Shown: positions 10,801 to 20,612, numbered from the stretch's first letter. The stretch: 51,041 nt of DNA from Aquificota bacterium (GCA_015486105.1 WFSI01000033.1:1-51041), one strand, 5' to 3'. Numbers and translations: made by a program. The notes: generated by a model not told the origin, from the sequence alone.

Positions 10801-11020
10801 GATCCGAGTCCCAGGGGGGCATATAGATCGTTTCTTGAAAGGCGGAGAGGGGGCCTACCCACTCTTCTCCCATCTCTTCCGGGAGAACGATTAGTGGAGG
10901 CTGGGGGAGGTCCTTACGCCAGATGTATAGTAAATAGCCCAGCAGGGATCCCCACGCCCTTGTAACGAGGGGTTTTTCCCCTTTAAGCCAGCCTTCGAGA
11001 ATTCTTATAAGAACCTTCAC
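7799..11020 (-). CDS. mfd: transcription-repair coupling factor
   Basis: 1073 aa with the superfamily-2 helicase motifs CGDVGYGKTEVAMRA and IIDEEHRFG. Length and architecture are typical of Mfd. Confidence 0.93.
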   Translation of the reverse strand: MKVLIRILEGWLKGEKPLVTRAWGSLLGYLLYIWRKDLPQPPLIVLPEEMGEEWVGPLSAFQETIYMPPWDSDPSSGIPPTSWVLGQRMEGLLSLLERSPLLVTTLKGLAQKVMDPDAFVESILVLVKGAIFPRRYLTEGLVKLGYQRVDQVEEPGSFSVKGYVVDVFPINEPLPMRIELWGDEVESIRTFHPQTQTSLKEKGKIMVLPQREMMGEKRVPLTTLIKERPLVLIQPEDVEMERENLLLEDRDFLSPQEIRDFIAQRPTLWVNSLYQEGITLPVEGYPLGLTPLKGTSRIFQGMGWIRSQLTQGMAVYVSHPLGEEDRMARLFKEYDIHPVSLPHFQEQGKGLYLFPSSLTKGFLWPQMNVAFVAQEELLGRKKKKAKRTIKRRGDPLTTLRDLSPEDYVVHLEHGIGRYLGLRLLEVKGVNQEFMVLEYDQGDQLLVPVTRLHMVQKYRGAQAIPPTLDKLGGITWKRTKKRVKKAIEEYARELLRIEAERQITPGHSFSPDTVEQGEFEEEFPFEETPDQEKAVQEIKKDMEAPHPMDRLLCGDVGYGKTEVAMRAAFKAILDGKQVAVLVPTTILAEQHVETFLERFKHYPVNIEVLSRFKTPREQKEILDRVFKGDVDILIGTHRLFSPDVIFRDLGLVIIDEEHRFGVRQKDRLKKLKKGVDVLSLSATPIPRTLHLAISGAKRMSIMETPPYGRRPVKTYISRWNPSIIKRALLKEEGRRGRVFVVQPRVEGLEELLELVIRLTPHLKVAMAHGQMKERELEEVMHRFMKGDVNVLVSTPIVESGLDVPMANTLVVKDAHKLGLSQLYQLRGRVGRSREMGYAYFFIPGMEHLTQEGKKRLQALREFAQLGSGLKLAMRDMEIRGAGNILGTQQWGHASQVGFTLYCQMLEKTIQELQGQEVRKEIEPQLELGVEALLPSTYVGNERAKIALYKRIAQAPDEEKLKGLEEEVRDRFGPLPPPARNLFTIAAIRLIIKDLGGERLVRSPKGLFLYFSSSTALAWEKISSLIKRGKVKVKGEYLIKLSSNSQDVGETKKLLKELHESVSLTQNLNVKGAEA

Positions 11021-11028
11021 TCGAAATT

Positions 11029-11925
11029 TTACTGGGGATGGAAGAGCCCCGTGCTCAGGTATCTCTCTCCGCCGTCAGGGAAGATGACCACGATCTTTCC
11101 CCTCCCTATTTCTCTGGCCCATTGGAGGGCTGCATAGAGAGCGGCTCCAGAGCTCATGCCCGTGAGGATGGCCTCTTTTTTGGCCAGTTCCCTGGTCGTA
11201 GCGAGGGCGTCCCGATCATGGACCCTCATCATGGCGTGGGGAAGGGATGAATCGAATATGGAAGGTCTTCTGGCCTCGTCCAGGCTTTTCAAGCCCTGGA
11301 TACTGTGTTTAGGGTAGGGTTCCACCCCCACTATCTGGATAGAGGAATCGTGCTCTTTCAACCTTTTGCCCACCCCCATAAGGGTTCCGGAGGTTCCTAT
11401 GCCTGCCACAAAGGCGGTCATTTCTCCCCCCGTCTGTTCCAGGATCTCCATCCCGGTGGTTTCATAGTGGGCCAATGGATTTGCGGGATTGTCGAATTGA
11501 TTAGGCATGAAGTAGGTGTCCGGCTGTTCCTCCAGCAATTTCAGAGCATTTTCAATGGCCCCGTCTGTTCCTTCTTCTCCCGGGGTAAGAATGACCTTCC
11601 CACCGTAGGCCTGAATAAGGAGACGCCTCTCTATGCTCATAGTCTCGGGCATTACCACAGTTAAGGAGTATCCCTTTACGCAACAGACCAACGCCAGTCC
11701 AATGCCCGTGTTTCCACTGGTGGGCTCCAGCACCACCTTGTCCCGGGTTAGTAACCCTCTTCTTTCCCCATCTTCTATCATGTAAAGGGCTGCCCGGTCC
11801 TTGATGCTTCCCCCGGGATTGAACATCTCCAACTTAGCCCAGATCTCTACTTTAGGGGTAGAAAACTCCTTCAATTCTATCAAGGGCGTCTTGCCTATCA
11901 ATGCCAGAATGCCTTTCCCTTTCAT
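11029..11925 (-). CDS. cysK: cysteine synthase (O-acetylserine sulfhydrylase)
   Basis: 298 aa with the PLP-lysine motif GGSIKDRAA and the GIGTSGT loop. CysK versus CysM cannot be resolved by eye. Confidence 0.85.
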   Translation of the reverse strand: MKGKGILALIGKTPLIELKEFSTPKVEIWAKLEMFNPGGSIKDRAALYMIEDGERRGLLTRDKVVLEPTSGNTGIGLALVCCVKGYSLTVVMPETMSIERRLLIQAYGGKVILTPGEEGTDGAIENALKLLEEQPDTYFMPNQFDNPANPLAHYETTGMEILEQTGGEMTAFVAGIGTSGTLMGVGKRLKEHDSSIQIVGVEPYPKHSIQGLKSLDEARRPSIFDSSLPHAMMRVHDRDALATTRELAKKEAILTGMSSGAALYAALQWAREIGRGKIVVIFPDGGERYLSTGLFHPQ

Positions 11926-11933
11926 GGCCAGGG

Positions 11934-11962
11934 TGATAACACTTCCCCTTGGGAAAGGTCAA
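11934..11962 (-). promoter_or_regulatory. candidate sigma70-like promoter giving a leaderless or near-leaderless cysK mRNA
   Basis: On the minus strand: TTGACC (11962..11957), a 17-nt spacer, then TTATCA (11939..11934). The -10 element ends 8 nt before the cysK ATG, and no purine-rich SD precedes that ATG. Confidence 0.3.
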
Positions 11963-12043
11963 GGAGAGGGTATAGTTTCCAGTTGAGCAAACCCTCTACC
12001 AATGCTAAATTTAATAAACCAAGTTCAGGATCGGAGGTGAAGT

Positions 12044-12733
12044 ATGCCAAGGCTAACCTTTTTGGGACACGCAGCCTTTTTGCTTGAGGGGGATCAAGGC
12101 AAGATAGCTATTGATCCCTTTCTCACTGGTAATCCCATTGCCAAAGCCAAACCTGAAGATATTCAAGTAGATGCGGTACTGGTAACCCATGGCCATGGGG
12201 ATCATGTAGGGGACACAGTAGCCATAGCCAAGAAGAGTAATGCCTTAGTGGTGGCTCCTTTTGAGCTGGCCAACTTCTTGGAAAGCCAGGGAGTGTCTGT
12301 CCACCCCATGCATATCGGTGGATCCAGGAAGTTTCCTTTTGCCTGGGTAAAGCTGACCACTGCCTCCCATGGTTCTGCCTACGTGGACGATGAGAAAACA
12401 GTTTACACCGGTAACCCGTGTGGTTTCTTGATAAGGATAGATGGTAAGCTCATCTACCATGCCGGGGATACGGGTCTCATAGCTGACATGGAGATCCTGG
12501 GGCGTCTCAACGATATAGATGTAGCCCTTCTTCCCATTGGGGATAACTTCACCATGGGTCCTGACGACGCCTTGGAGGCTGTCAAAATGCTCAAGCCCAA
12601 GGTGGTTATTCCCATGCATTACAACACCTGGGATCTTATTGCCCAAGATCCCCAGGACTTTTGCGACAGGGTAAAGGGTGAAACCCCCTCCCGGTGTGTC
12701 CCGTTGGAGGTAGGTGAATCCTATCAGGTATAA
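12044..12733 (+). CDS. metallo-beta-lactamase-fold hydrolase (UPF0173-like)
   Basis: 229 aa with the HGHGDH metal-binding motif and overall UPF0173 family resemblance. Confidence 0.8.
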   Translation: MPRLTFLGHAAFLLEGDQGKIAIDPFLTGNPIAKAKPEDIQVDAVLVTHGHGDHVGDTVAIAKKSNALVVAPFELANFLESQGVSVHPMHIGGSRKFPFAWVKLTTASHGSAYVDDEKTVYTGNPCGFLIRIDGKLIYHAGDTGLIADMEILGRLNDIDVALLPIGDNFTMGPDDALEAVKMLKPKVVIPMHYNTWDLIAQDPQDFCDRVKGETPSRCVPLEVGESYQV

Positions 12734-12838
12734 CCTGAAATGTCGAGGAGGGAGCGATTTAGGTCGTTCCCTCCCTTAATCTGTGAATTTTAGGGGGCTG
12801 TGGGAAAGGCCCCGAAGAGGGATTCTGTGGGCGGGAAT

Positions 12839-13654
12839 ATGTTTGGAATAGGGGAAATCGAGCTATTTGCCATAGATCTGGATGGGGTAGTTTATAGGGG
12901 CGACAGGGTCCTTCCAGGTGCTCCATCCTTTATCTCTCAAATAAGGGGTATGGGTAAATCCTTGGTCTTTGTCACCAACAGCACCTTGAGACCCAAAGCT
13001 TACTATGTTTCTAAGCTTGAATCCATGGGGATACCCGTGATACCCCAAGAGATACTTACCGCTGCCCACGCCACGGGCAGGTATTTGAAGAGATGCTTCG
13101 ACGGTGCCTCCCCCACTATCTTCCTTTTGGGTGAAAGGGGGCTTGAGGAGGAACTGGAGTATCTGAAGCCCCGTTATCTTTCTTTCCAGGATGATGAGGT
13201 GGCCCAAGCGGTGGTGGTGGGCCTGGACCGCAAGATAAACTATAGAAAACTGTGCAAGGCCGTGAGGGACGTTATGGAAGGCGCCCTTTTCATAGGGGTG
13301 AATGGTGATCCTCTGTGGCCTGTGGAGGACGGTTTCATGCCTGGGGTAGGGGTTTTTTTGTCGGCTATCAGGGAGGCTACTGGGGTGGAGCCCTTCATTG
13401 TTGGCAAGCCTAACACTTACATGTTGGAGTTGGCCATTAAGGTCTATGGATGCACACCTTCCCAGGTACTCATGATAGGAGACAAGCTGGACAGCGATAT
13501 CATGATGGGCAATAGAGTAGGGGCCAAAACAGCCCTGGTACTCTCGGGGGTCACTTCCCCTGAAGAGCTGAAAGAAGCTCCAACGGATATGCAGCCCTAC
13601 ATAGTAGCCAGGGATCTGGCCCATCTGGAGGATATTCTCTTTTACTCCGAGTAG
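12839..13654 (+). CDS. HAD-superfamily subfamily IIA phosphatase (NagD-like)
   Basis: ORF 12800..13654 with HAD motif I (DLDGVVY) and motif IV (GDKLDSDI). Start placed at ATG 12839 (MFGIGEIELFAIDLDG). Confidence 0.8.
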   Translation: MFGIGEIELFAIDLDGVVYRGDRVLPGAPSFISQIRGMGKSLVFVTNSTLRPKAYYVSKLESMGIPVIPQEILTAAHATGRYLKRCFDGASPTIFLLGERGLEEELEYLKPRYLSFQDDEVAQAVVVGLDRKINYRKLCKAVRDVMEGALFIGVNGDPLWPVEDGFMPGVGVFLSAIREATGVEPFIVGKPNTYMLELAIKVYGCTPSQVLMIGDKLDSDIMMGNRVGAKTALVLSGVTSPEELKEAPTDMQPYIVARDLAHLEDILFYSE

Positions 13655-14013
13655 GTGGCCCGTGCCTTTTCTGATTCCCATACGGTTACTTCTTTTACCC
13701 GGATTCCAGGGTAAATCCTTAGGGTTTCTTCCATCTCCTTGAAGATAAAGAAGGCCAGGTTCTCAGAGGTAGGGTTTCTTCCCTGAAAGTAGGGTAACTC
13801 GTTCAAGAAGGTGTGATCCAGACCATTGAGAATGAAGGATAGTGCGCCTTTTATATCCTTGAAATCCAGGAGAAGGCCCTGATCGTTAAGCTCATTCCCC
13901 TCCACCGCCACCTCTACCCGCCAGTTATGGCCATGGAGCCTTTCGCACTGGCCCTTGTACTTCCTTAACTGGTGGGCCGATGCGAAACTATCTCTTACCG
14001 TTAGCCTGAACAC
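13642..14013 (-). CDS. queD: 6-carboxy-5,6,7,8-tetrahydropterin synthase
   Basis: 123 aa with the CERLHGHNWRVEV motif (Cys plus HGH zinc site) typical of QueD/PTPS. Confidence 0.9.
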   Translation of the reverse strand: MFRLTVRDSFASAHQLRKYKGQCERLHGHNWRVEVAVEGNELNDQGLLLDFKDIKGALSFILNGLDHTFLNELPYFQGRNPTSENLAFFIFKEMEETLRIYPGIRVKEVTVWESEKARATYSE

Positions 14014-15343
14014 TCTTCTCTCCCTGGATGTAAGGTTTCAAGACAGCCATGATTCTTTCTCTCAGCCACTTCCTGTCCCACCATTCCATGGGGTTTACAG
14101 GATGACCTGAGAGGAGGACCCCGTAGTGAAGGTGATCTCCTCCCGCTAAGCCCGTAGAGTCGGTATAGCCTATGATCTGGCCTTTTCTCACCTTTTGGCC
14201 TTCCTTTACCGTTGTCCTGCTGAGATGGGCATAGAGGGTGGTAAGGCCCAAACCGTGGTCTATAAGGACCACGTTTCCATAGATTCCTACAAAGCCAGTA
14301 AAAAGGACCCTTCCCCTGTTGCCTGCTGGTACCGGTGCATGGGCCACTGAGGCCAGGTCGTAACCCAGGTGAATGGAGTGGCTGACCACCTTACCATTGT
14401 AAATGTAGGTCCGCTTGTCTCCAAAGGTAGCGGTGACCTCGGAGTTTCTCAGTTGGATAAAAGCTCCTTTCCACAAGCATGGTCCTGAGGATTGGGAAGC
14501 CAGTTGAGATAGCCTCTCCTCGTTTTGTTGCCTCACTTCCTCATTCACTTTCTTGAATGCCTGAATGGGGGGCAGGCTTTCATCCTTTGGGGGAAGAAGG
14601 GGATAGATCTTCCTTTGGATGAAGGCATCAGAGATAGGAAAGGTCACCTTTACCACCTTTCTGGGTAACAGATGAAAGGGAATGGGGAACATCCGGGTGT
14701 TGCCTGCCCTGTCTTTTACCACTAAGCGGGCTTCCTGGGAATGGGCATAGGGAGGTATGCCGAAGAGCGCGGCCCAGAGGATCTGTTTCTTGGATTTTTT
14801 AGGATAAGCCTTAAAAAAGAGCCTGCCTACCTGCACCCCTGCCTCAGTGGCATCTTCTGAGGTAGCAAACAGGACAGCTCCTGCCCCTTTCTCGTATATG
14901 TACCTGGTGTTGTCCAAGAGTTCTACGAGGGGCGGGGTATAGTCCACTATCAATTGGACCTTGGCTGTAGCGGTGTTTCCCTTGCCCAGGTTCCACAGAG
15001 AGCGATCTGTAGCTCTCACCAACAAGGTGGCAGCTCCCTCTTCCAGTCCCAACTTCCTTGGTTCTATGATCAGGGGTATCTGGATACTGTAAGTACCTAA
15101 AGGGAAAGCAGCAGTATAGAGGCTCCAGCTCTTTTCTCCCTGCATTAGGGCTATCTGGATGTCTTTCAGTCCTGTGGGTCTATCCTGTATGGTCACGTTT
15201 AAGGCCGCTCTAGAGCTTATGTAACTACCCGATAGGGGTAGTTGGATCTGGGGAGGTCTCCTCTCGAAGGGAGGAGCAAAAAGGACCAGTCCTACCCCTG
15301 CCAGTATCACCACCACTATCAATATGCCCAAGGCCTTTTTCAT
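13988..15343 (-). CDS. M23-family (LytM-domain) metallopeptidase
   Basis: 451 aa with an N-terminal TM anchor and a C-terminal M23 domain (HLGYDLA ... GLAGGDHLHYGV). Confidence 0.85.
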   Translation of the reverse strand: MKKALGILIVVVILAGVGLVLFAPPFERRPPQIQLPLSGSYISSRAALNVTIQDRPTGLKDIQIALMQGEKSWSLYTAAFPLGTYSIQIPLIIEPRKLGLEEGAATLLVRATDRSLWNLGKGNTATAKVQLIVDYTPPLVELLDNTRYIYEKGAGAVLFATSEDATEAGVQVGRLFFKAYPKKSKKQILWAALFGIPPYAHSQEARLVVKDRAGNTRMFPIPFHLLPRKVVKVTFPISDAFIQRKIYPLLPPKDESLPPIQAFKKVNEEVRQQNEERLSQLASQSSGPCLWKGAFIQLRNSEVTATFGDKRTYIYNGKVVSHSIHLGYDLASVAHAPVPAGNRGRVLFTGFVGIYGNVVLIDHGLGLTTLYAHLSRTTVKEGQKVRKGQIIGYTDSTGLAGGDHLHYGVLLSGHPVNPMEWWDRKWLRERIMAVLKPYIQGEKSVQANGKR

Positions 15344-15699
15344 CTTCCCACCTCCCGGGCTCAGGCTTAGCAGAAAACCCCTTCCCCCTCAAGGAGGAAC
15401 ACCTAGCCCTTTGGAAGGGTGGAATGGCTCTGAAATTCAGACCAAATGGGTTCTTTGCTGGGAAATTTACTCATGAATTCAAGTGAGATGGCCATGATCA
15501 CATTCAGTAGTCTCGGCTTAAGGAGATCGTCGGGCTGCTGGGTACAATTTCACTTATAGCGTATTAATAAGTATCGCCCTCGAAAAATCCGATAGTGAAC
15601 CACTAAGCCTTTGTTTTTAACCCAGAAAGCGAGTTATATTTAAGTTTAATGTATGGCATTCGATAAACGCCTCCTGCTGGCCAGTCGCTGAACACTCTA

Positions 15700-15984
15700 C
15701 TCACCTTTGATAGCCTCCAAATTAACCTTCGCCTTGAACTCAGCCAAGTGCTTATTTTGCCTCCTCTCCATTCGCCTCATTGAAGAAAAGGAAGCCCAAG
15801 ATAGAGGAGCCCTATCGCCAGAGAGGAGCGTGAAGTACGAGTACGTATACATCACGGAGTTCAAGGAGGTATAAAAGATCTGAGAAGGGGACTAAAGAAG
15901 TGGCTCGGGTGGTACAATACAGAGAGGCCTCATCAGGCATTGGAATACAAGACAACAAACACGTTCTACCATGAAAGACAGTAG
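15700..15984 (+). pseudogene. decayed C-terminal fragment of an rve (IS3/IS481-like) transposase
   Basis: My own translation gives 15898..15984 = KWLGWYNTERPHQALEYKTTNTFYHERQ*, the hallmark integrase-core tail. Upstream pieces (KYEYVYITEFKEV, LRLELSQV) sit in other frames and are broken by stops. No intact ORF and no inverted repeats were seen. Confidence 0.6.
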
Positions 15985-16138
15985 GCTTTACATTATGCAG
16001 TCTGATGGGATAAGGATAAGAGCTAGGATAGGAAGCTTAGCCGACTCTCAAAACAGTCCAAACAACCAGGGCCACTTCAAATTGTAGAAAAGCTTTTATC
16101 AAAAGCATTTACAGACTTAGGAACCTGGAGTCAAAGAC

Positions 16139-17230
16139 ATGAAAGATTTCCTGGTAAACGAGCTTAACAGGCTGGTAGCCATCCCCAGTGAATCAGGGGA
16201 GGAAGGAGAAATACTGGGCTATTTAGAAGACCGGCTCACCTCCATGGGTCTTTCTGCCCTAAGACAAAGGGTAGAGGATCAGTGGTACAACCTCATCATC
16301 AATCACCGAGAAAAAAATAGGCTCATCGTCACGGCCCATGTGGATACCCTGCCTCCCTTGGACGGCATCCCTCCCCGACCCCGGGTGGATAATGGAGTCC
16401 TTTGGGGGTTAGGGGCCTGCGACGACAAGGCAGGGGTAGCTATCATCTTAGCCCTCTTGGCTTGTTTTTCCCAGGAACTAGAAGCACTACCCGTCACCTT
16501 TGCTTTCCTGGTAGACGAAGAGGACCAGGGCAAAGGCTCTGAGACCCTGGCCCAGGAAAAGCTTCCTCCCTGGGGCATAGTTCTTGAACCCACTAATCTG
16601 AGGATATGCCACTGCGAAGCAGGGTCCTTAGAGGTAGGTTTCGTTGCCAAGGGTAAAATGGCCCACGGAAGCGAGGTAGAAGAAGGGGAGAACGCCGTAG
16701 ACAAAGCCCTGGCTCTTATAGCCCGACTCAAAGGCCTCTCCTTTCTGGGAGAGGAAGATCCCCGTCTGGGCAAGTCTCTCATGAATATCCTCTACCTCTC
16801 AGGAGGAGATGGCACCCTCAGGGTACCCCACCGTTGCCAAGGGCTGCTGGACTTCCGCATCCTGCCCCACCAAGACATAGAAGAAGCTGCTAAAAAGCTG
16901 GCCCACATCCTGGACGAAGGAAGGGTAGAATACACCTTCGAAGATGTATCCCTCCCCTTCGAGATAGACCCTGAATCTTGGATCGTCCAAGCTCTGGTCC
17001 AGGCACTGGAAGAGACCACCGGACACAGGGCAACCCTGGGAGGCATGAAAAGCTGGACCGACGCCGCCCATCTCATAGAGAGCGGAGTACGCCCTGTGGT
17101 CTTCGGTCCCGGGAGCCTCCCCCTCTGCCACACACCCATGGAAAGAGTGGAGATTCAAGAACTCTGGATAGCATACAAAACCTTAGAAGCCCTTTTGAAG
17201 GATCTCAGTCCAGGGCACACTCCATCCTAA
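16139..17230 (+). CDS. M20-family metallopeptidase (ArgE/DapE-like deacylase)
   Basis: 363 aa with the metal-ligand motifs TAHVDT and GACDDKAG and a dimerisation insert. Confidence 0.8.
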   Translation: MKDFLVNELNRLVAIPSESGEEGEILGYLEDRLTSMGLSALRQRVEDQWYNLIINHREKNRLIVTAHVDTLPPLDGIPPRPRVDNGVLWGLGACDDKAGVAIILALLACFSQELEALPVTFAFLVDEEDQGKGSETLAQEKLPPWGIVLEPTNLRICHCEAGSLEVGFVAKGKMAHGSEVEEGENAVDKALALIARLKGLSFLGEEDPRLGKSLMNILYLSGGDGTLRVPHRCQGLLDFRILPHQDIEEAAKKLAHILDEGRVEYTFEDVSLPFEIDPESWIVQALVQALEETTGHRATLGGMKSWTDAAHLIESGVRPVVFGPGSLPLCHTPMERVEIQELWIAYKTLEALLKDLSPGHTPS

Positions 17231-17672
17231 TCCATTTGCCCTGGGAGCCTTTCTCCCGGAAACCCAAATGGGTATAAAAAGCCTTGGCCCTTTCGTTCCT
17301 CTTCCCCACCCACAGTCCAACCCCCTTAAGGCCCTTTTCGCGAAAATAATCCAGAGCCATTTGAACAAGGGCCTTACCCACCCCCTGGGTGCGATCCTTT
17401 GGGACCACCACAATCTCGTGGATCTCACCCCCCAACTTCCCTCCTTCCTCCCAGTGGTCATCAGCCACCAAAAAGCCCAGGGGCTTGCCCCCCTCTAAAG
17501 CCAAGAAGAAAGAAGAAGGAGCCCTCTTAAAGAGCCATCTCATATAATGAAGGACATCCCTGGGTCTCTCGTAGGCATACTCCTCCATGCCCCTGTAACA
17601 CTGGAGGTAAAGGTCAACCAAGACCTGCTCCCAAGGCTCCAACTCCTCTAAAGGTACTATCTCCACTACCAT
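17205..17672 (-). CDS. GNAT-family N-acetyltransferase
   Basis: 155 aa with the acetyl-CoA binding signature (VVPKDRTQGVGKALV) and a GNAT-sized fold. Confidence 0.8.
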   Translation of the reverse strand: MVVEIVPLEELEPWEQVLVDLYLQCYRGMEEYAYERPRDVLHYMRWLFKRAPSSFFLALEGGKPLGFLVADDHWEEGGKLGGEIHEIVVVPKDRTQGVGKALVQMALDYFREKGLKGVGLWVGKRNERAKAFYTHLGFREKGSQGKWIRMECALD

Positions 17673-19174
17673 GGCTCGAAAGAAAGGCTCTCTAAGTATA
17701 TCTCCTGATACTTATCCTGATTAACCAGATCAACCACCTTCACTCGAGATACCAGTTCTCCCACCCTCCTGAGGCATCCCTCCGACAAGGCTACGGCTTC
17801 CGCCCCCATGAGGGATGCATTCCCCAAGGTAACTACCTCCCCCACCCACCGAGGAATTAACCCCAAGGTCACCAGATCATGGGGCTCAAGGGATGAGCCA
17901 AAGGCACCAGCCACATAGAGGGAGAAGGCCTCCTTATCCAATCCAGCCAAGGGAAGAAGGACCTTTAAAGCGCTGGTTACAGCCCCTTTAGCCAACTGGA
18001 GCTTCCTTACGTCCTCTTGAGTAAAGGAAAGGCCAGGTCCCAAAAACAGCCCTCCCCCCTCCCTCCGAGAACGCCAGAAAGGAGAAAGCTCCCCTTCTTC
18101 CTTCATCCTACCGGAAGGGTCAATCACCCCTTCCCTCAAGAGAAGGGACACAAGGGACACAAAACCTGAGCCACAGAACCCCTCAGGGGATTCTCCATTT
18201 ATGGTTTTAAAATAAAGTCCTCCTTTCTCTCTTTCCACCATCATCACCGCTCCCGGGGACAATCCTATCCCCGAGGAGATCCCCATCCCCTCGAAGGCGG
18301 GACCCGCCGGTGCGGAGGCCGCCCACATGCCACGGGAAGACCATACAAGCACCTCAGCATTGGTACCCAAATCCAAGGCTACACCCTTTTCCCTGACCCC
18401 CATGACGTCTAAGAGCAGGATAAGGGAGGCGGCGTCTCCTCCCACAAAGCAGCCCACCAAGGGCATAAGATAATGGGGAAAAGGCTCCTCCCGCCATTCT
18501 CCCCCAGCAAAGGGGGCACGGAAGGGATAACGGGCTAGAGAATCCAAAGGATAACCCGCCAATAGGGTTTCCATAACGCTGTTCCCCGAAACCACCATAT
18601 AGGAACATCCTCGGATTTGGGGAAGGACAATCCTCCAGAAGGCTCGGACCATGGCCTCCCTATTCCCCTCCATGGCCGCCTTCACCCGGGAAACCACATC
18701 CCTTCCCCAAAGAGACTGGGGATTGGGTAAAGCCAACGCCTCCTCCCTCTCTCGACCGTGCAGGTCCAGCCGAGAAAGGGCCAAAGTCGTAGTACCCAGA
18801 TCCAGGGCCAAGGCCTTGGATCCAGAACGGGGCGGAGGACCAGAGCATACCAACCCCTTCAAAGGAAGAAGGGTTTCTGGGGGCACCGCATAAGCCCCAT
18901 GCAACAGCTCCACCCGAGCATCCTGGGTAACAACTGAGCAACAGGCCAAGCGAACGCCCTGCTGAATATCTCTAGGAGAAAGGAGCTTCTTTTCCACATC
19001 AGAAGGAGCAGGGGGATTCTCTAAAAATCGAACCCTACATTTACCACAAATTCCCTCCCCACCACATGGCAAAGGAAAATCAATTCCTTCCTTGATCAGT
19101 AGATAACTTAGCCTTACTCCAGGATGAGTGAGAGTCTCCCTGTCTAACCCCTCCCACACAATCCTGACGTCCAT
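17666..19174 (-). CDS. 2Fe-2S ferredoxin domain fused to an ASKHA-fold ATPase (RACo-like, DUF4445-type)
   Basis: 502 aa. The N-terminus has plant-type ferredoxin cysteines (CGGEGICGKCRV...LAC). The remainder has actin-fold phosphate motifs (ALDLGTTT, ALDLGTNAE), as in reductive activators of corrinoid enzymes. Confidence 0.65.
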   Translation of the reverse strand: MDVRIVWEGLDRETLTHPGVRLSYLLIKEGIDFPLPCGGEGICGKCRVRFLENPPAPSDVEKKLLSPRDIQQGVRLACCSVVTQDARVELLHGAYAVPPETLLPLKGLVCSGPPPRSGSKALALDLGTTTLALSRLDLHGREREEALALPNPQSLWGRDVVSRVKAAMEGNREAMVRAFWRIVLPQIRGCSYMVVSGNSVMETLLAGYPLDSLARYPFRAPFAGGEWREEPFPHYLMPLVGCFVGGDAASLILLLDVMGVREKGVALDLGTNAEVLVWSSRGMWAASAPAGPAFEGMGISSGIGLSPGAVMMVEREKGGLYFKTINGESPEGFCGSGFVSLVSLLLREGVIDPSGRMKEEGELSPFWRSRREGGGLFLGPGLSFTQEDVRKLQLAKGAVTSALKVLLPLAGLDKEAFSLYVAGAFGSSLEPHDLVTLGLIPRWVGEVVTLGNASLMGAEAVALSEGCLRRVGELVSRVKVVDLVNQDKYQEIYLESLSFEPW

Positions 19175-19186
19175 ACCTCCAAGACC

Positions 19187-20467
19187 TCAAGCGCTCATAG
19201 ACTCCAAGAACTCTCTGTTGCTTTTGGTTCCCCTAAGCTTGCCCAAAAGAAACTCCATGGCCTCCACAGGGTTGAGGGTGGCCAGAAGCTTTCTCAGAAT
19301 CCAAACCCGGTTCAGCTCAAAGGGGGTAAGAAGGAGCTCCTCCCTCCGGGTCCCTGACTTCTGGAGATCTATGGCAGGAAAAGTTCTCCTGTCGGCCAAG
19401 GCCCTGACCAAATGAAGCTCCATGTTCCCTGTTCCCTTGAACTCCTCAAATATCACATCGTCCATGCGACTCCCTGTCTCTATCAGGGCCGTGGCTATAA
19501 TGGTGAGGCTGCCCCCCTCTTCAATATTCCTGGCTGTACCAAAGATCTTCTTGGGTTTATCCAAGGCGTTGGCCTCAATCCCCCCGGAAAGCACCCGGCC
19601 CGAGGAGGGCACCAAGGCATTATAAGCTCGAGTAAGCCGAGTGATGCTATCCAGAAGAATCACCACATCCCTCTTATACTCCACCAGCCTTTTGGCCTTT
19701 TCAATGACGATCTCGGCCACTTGGACATGGCGCTGAGGAGGTTCATCAAAGGTGGAACTCACCACTTCCCCCTTGACGCTCCTCTGCATATCCGTCACCT
19801 CTTCAGGCCTTTCCCCCACCAGAAGGACTATCAAATAAATCTCAGGATGATTGGTGGTAACAGAATTGGCAATGTCCTGAAGAAGCACCGTCTTTCCCGT
19901 CCGAGGCGGAGCCACAATGAGACCTCTCTGACCCTTGCCTATAGGGGTGATGAGGTCCATCACCCTCATGGAAAAGTTGTCAGAGTTGGTCTCCAACACT
20001 ACGTGCTCATCAGGATATAAAGGGGTGAGATTGTCAAAATGGATCCTCTCTCGGGCCACCTCTGGACTCTCAAAATTTATGGCCTCCACTTTGAGGAGGG
20101 CAAAGTACTTTTCTCCATCCTTAGGAAGGCGAATCTGACCAGAAACAGTGTCTCCCGTCTTCAAACCAAACCTCTTGATCTGGGAAGGAGACACATAGAT
20201 ATCGTCGGGACCTGGAAGATAGTTGTAAATGGGAGACCGGAGAAAACCAAAACCATCAGGCAACACTTCCAATACCCCCTCTCCAAAGAGGTGCCCATTC
20301 CTCCGGGCCTGACCCTCCAAGATACGAAAGATGAGCTCCTGCTTCCTCAGCCCCGAAATTCCAGAGATCCCCAGGTCCTTGGACAACTGGATAAGCTGGG
20401 ACACAGTCATTCCTTTAAGCTCCTGAAGGTTCATGCCTTCCAAAGTTCCTGCACGGCCTCTACTCAT
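19187..20467 (-). CDS. rho: transcription termination factor Rho
   Basis: It has the N-terminal [14 protein letters not shown] helix, the FGFLR RNA-binding motif and Walker A (APPRTGKT). Start placed at ATG 20467, preceded by AGGAG. The ORF-track extension to 20584 runs through tRNA-Ser. Confidence 0.93.
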   Translation of the reverse strand: MSRGRAGTLEGMNLQELKGMTVSQLIQLSKDLGISGISGLRKQELIFRILEGQARRNGHLFGEGVLEVLPDGFGFLRSPIYNYLPGPDDIYVSPSQIKRFGLKTGDTVSGQIRLPKDGEKYFALLKVEAINFESPEVARERIHFDNLTPLYPDEHVVLETNSDNFSMRVMDLITPIGKGQRGLIVAPPRTGKTVLLQDIANSVTTNHPEIYLIVLLVGERPEEVTDMQRSVKGEVVSSTFDEPPQRHVQVAEIVIEKAKRLVEYKRDVVILLDSITRLTRAYNALVPSSGRVLSGGIEANALDKPKKIFGTARNIEEGGSLTIIATALIETGSRMDDVIFEEFKGTGNMELHLVRALADRRTFPAIDLQKSGTRREELLLTPFELNRVWILRKLLATLNPVEAMEFLLGKLRGTKSNREFLESMSA

Positions 20468-20519
20468 GCGGCTACTCCTCTTTTCATAAAAATTTTCCCT
20501 ACGAATTTTATACTCCCAC

Positions 20520-20612
<93 letters not shown>

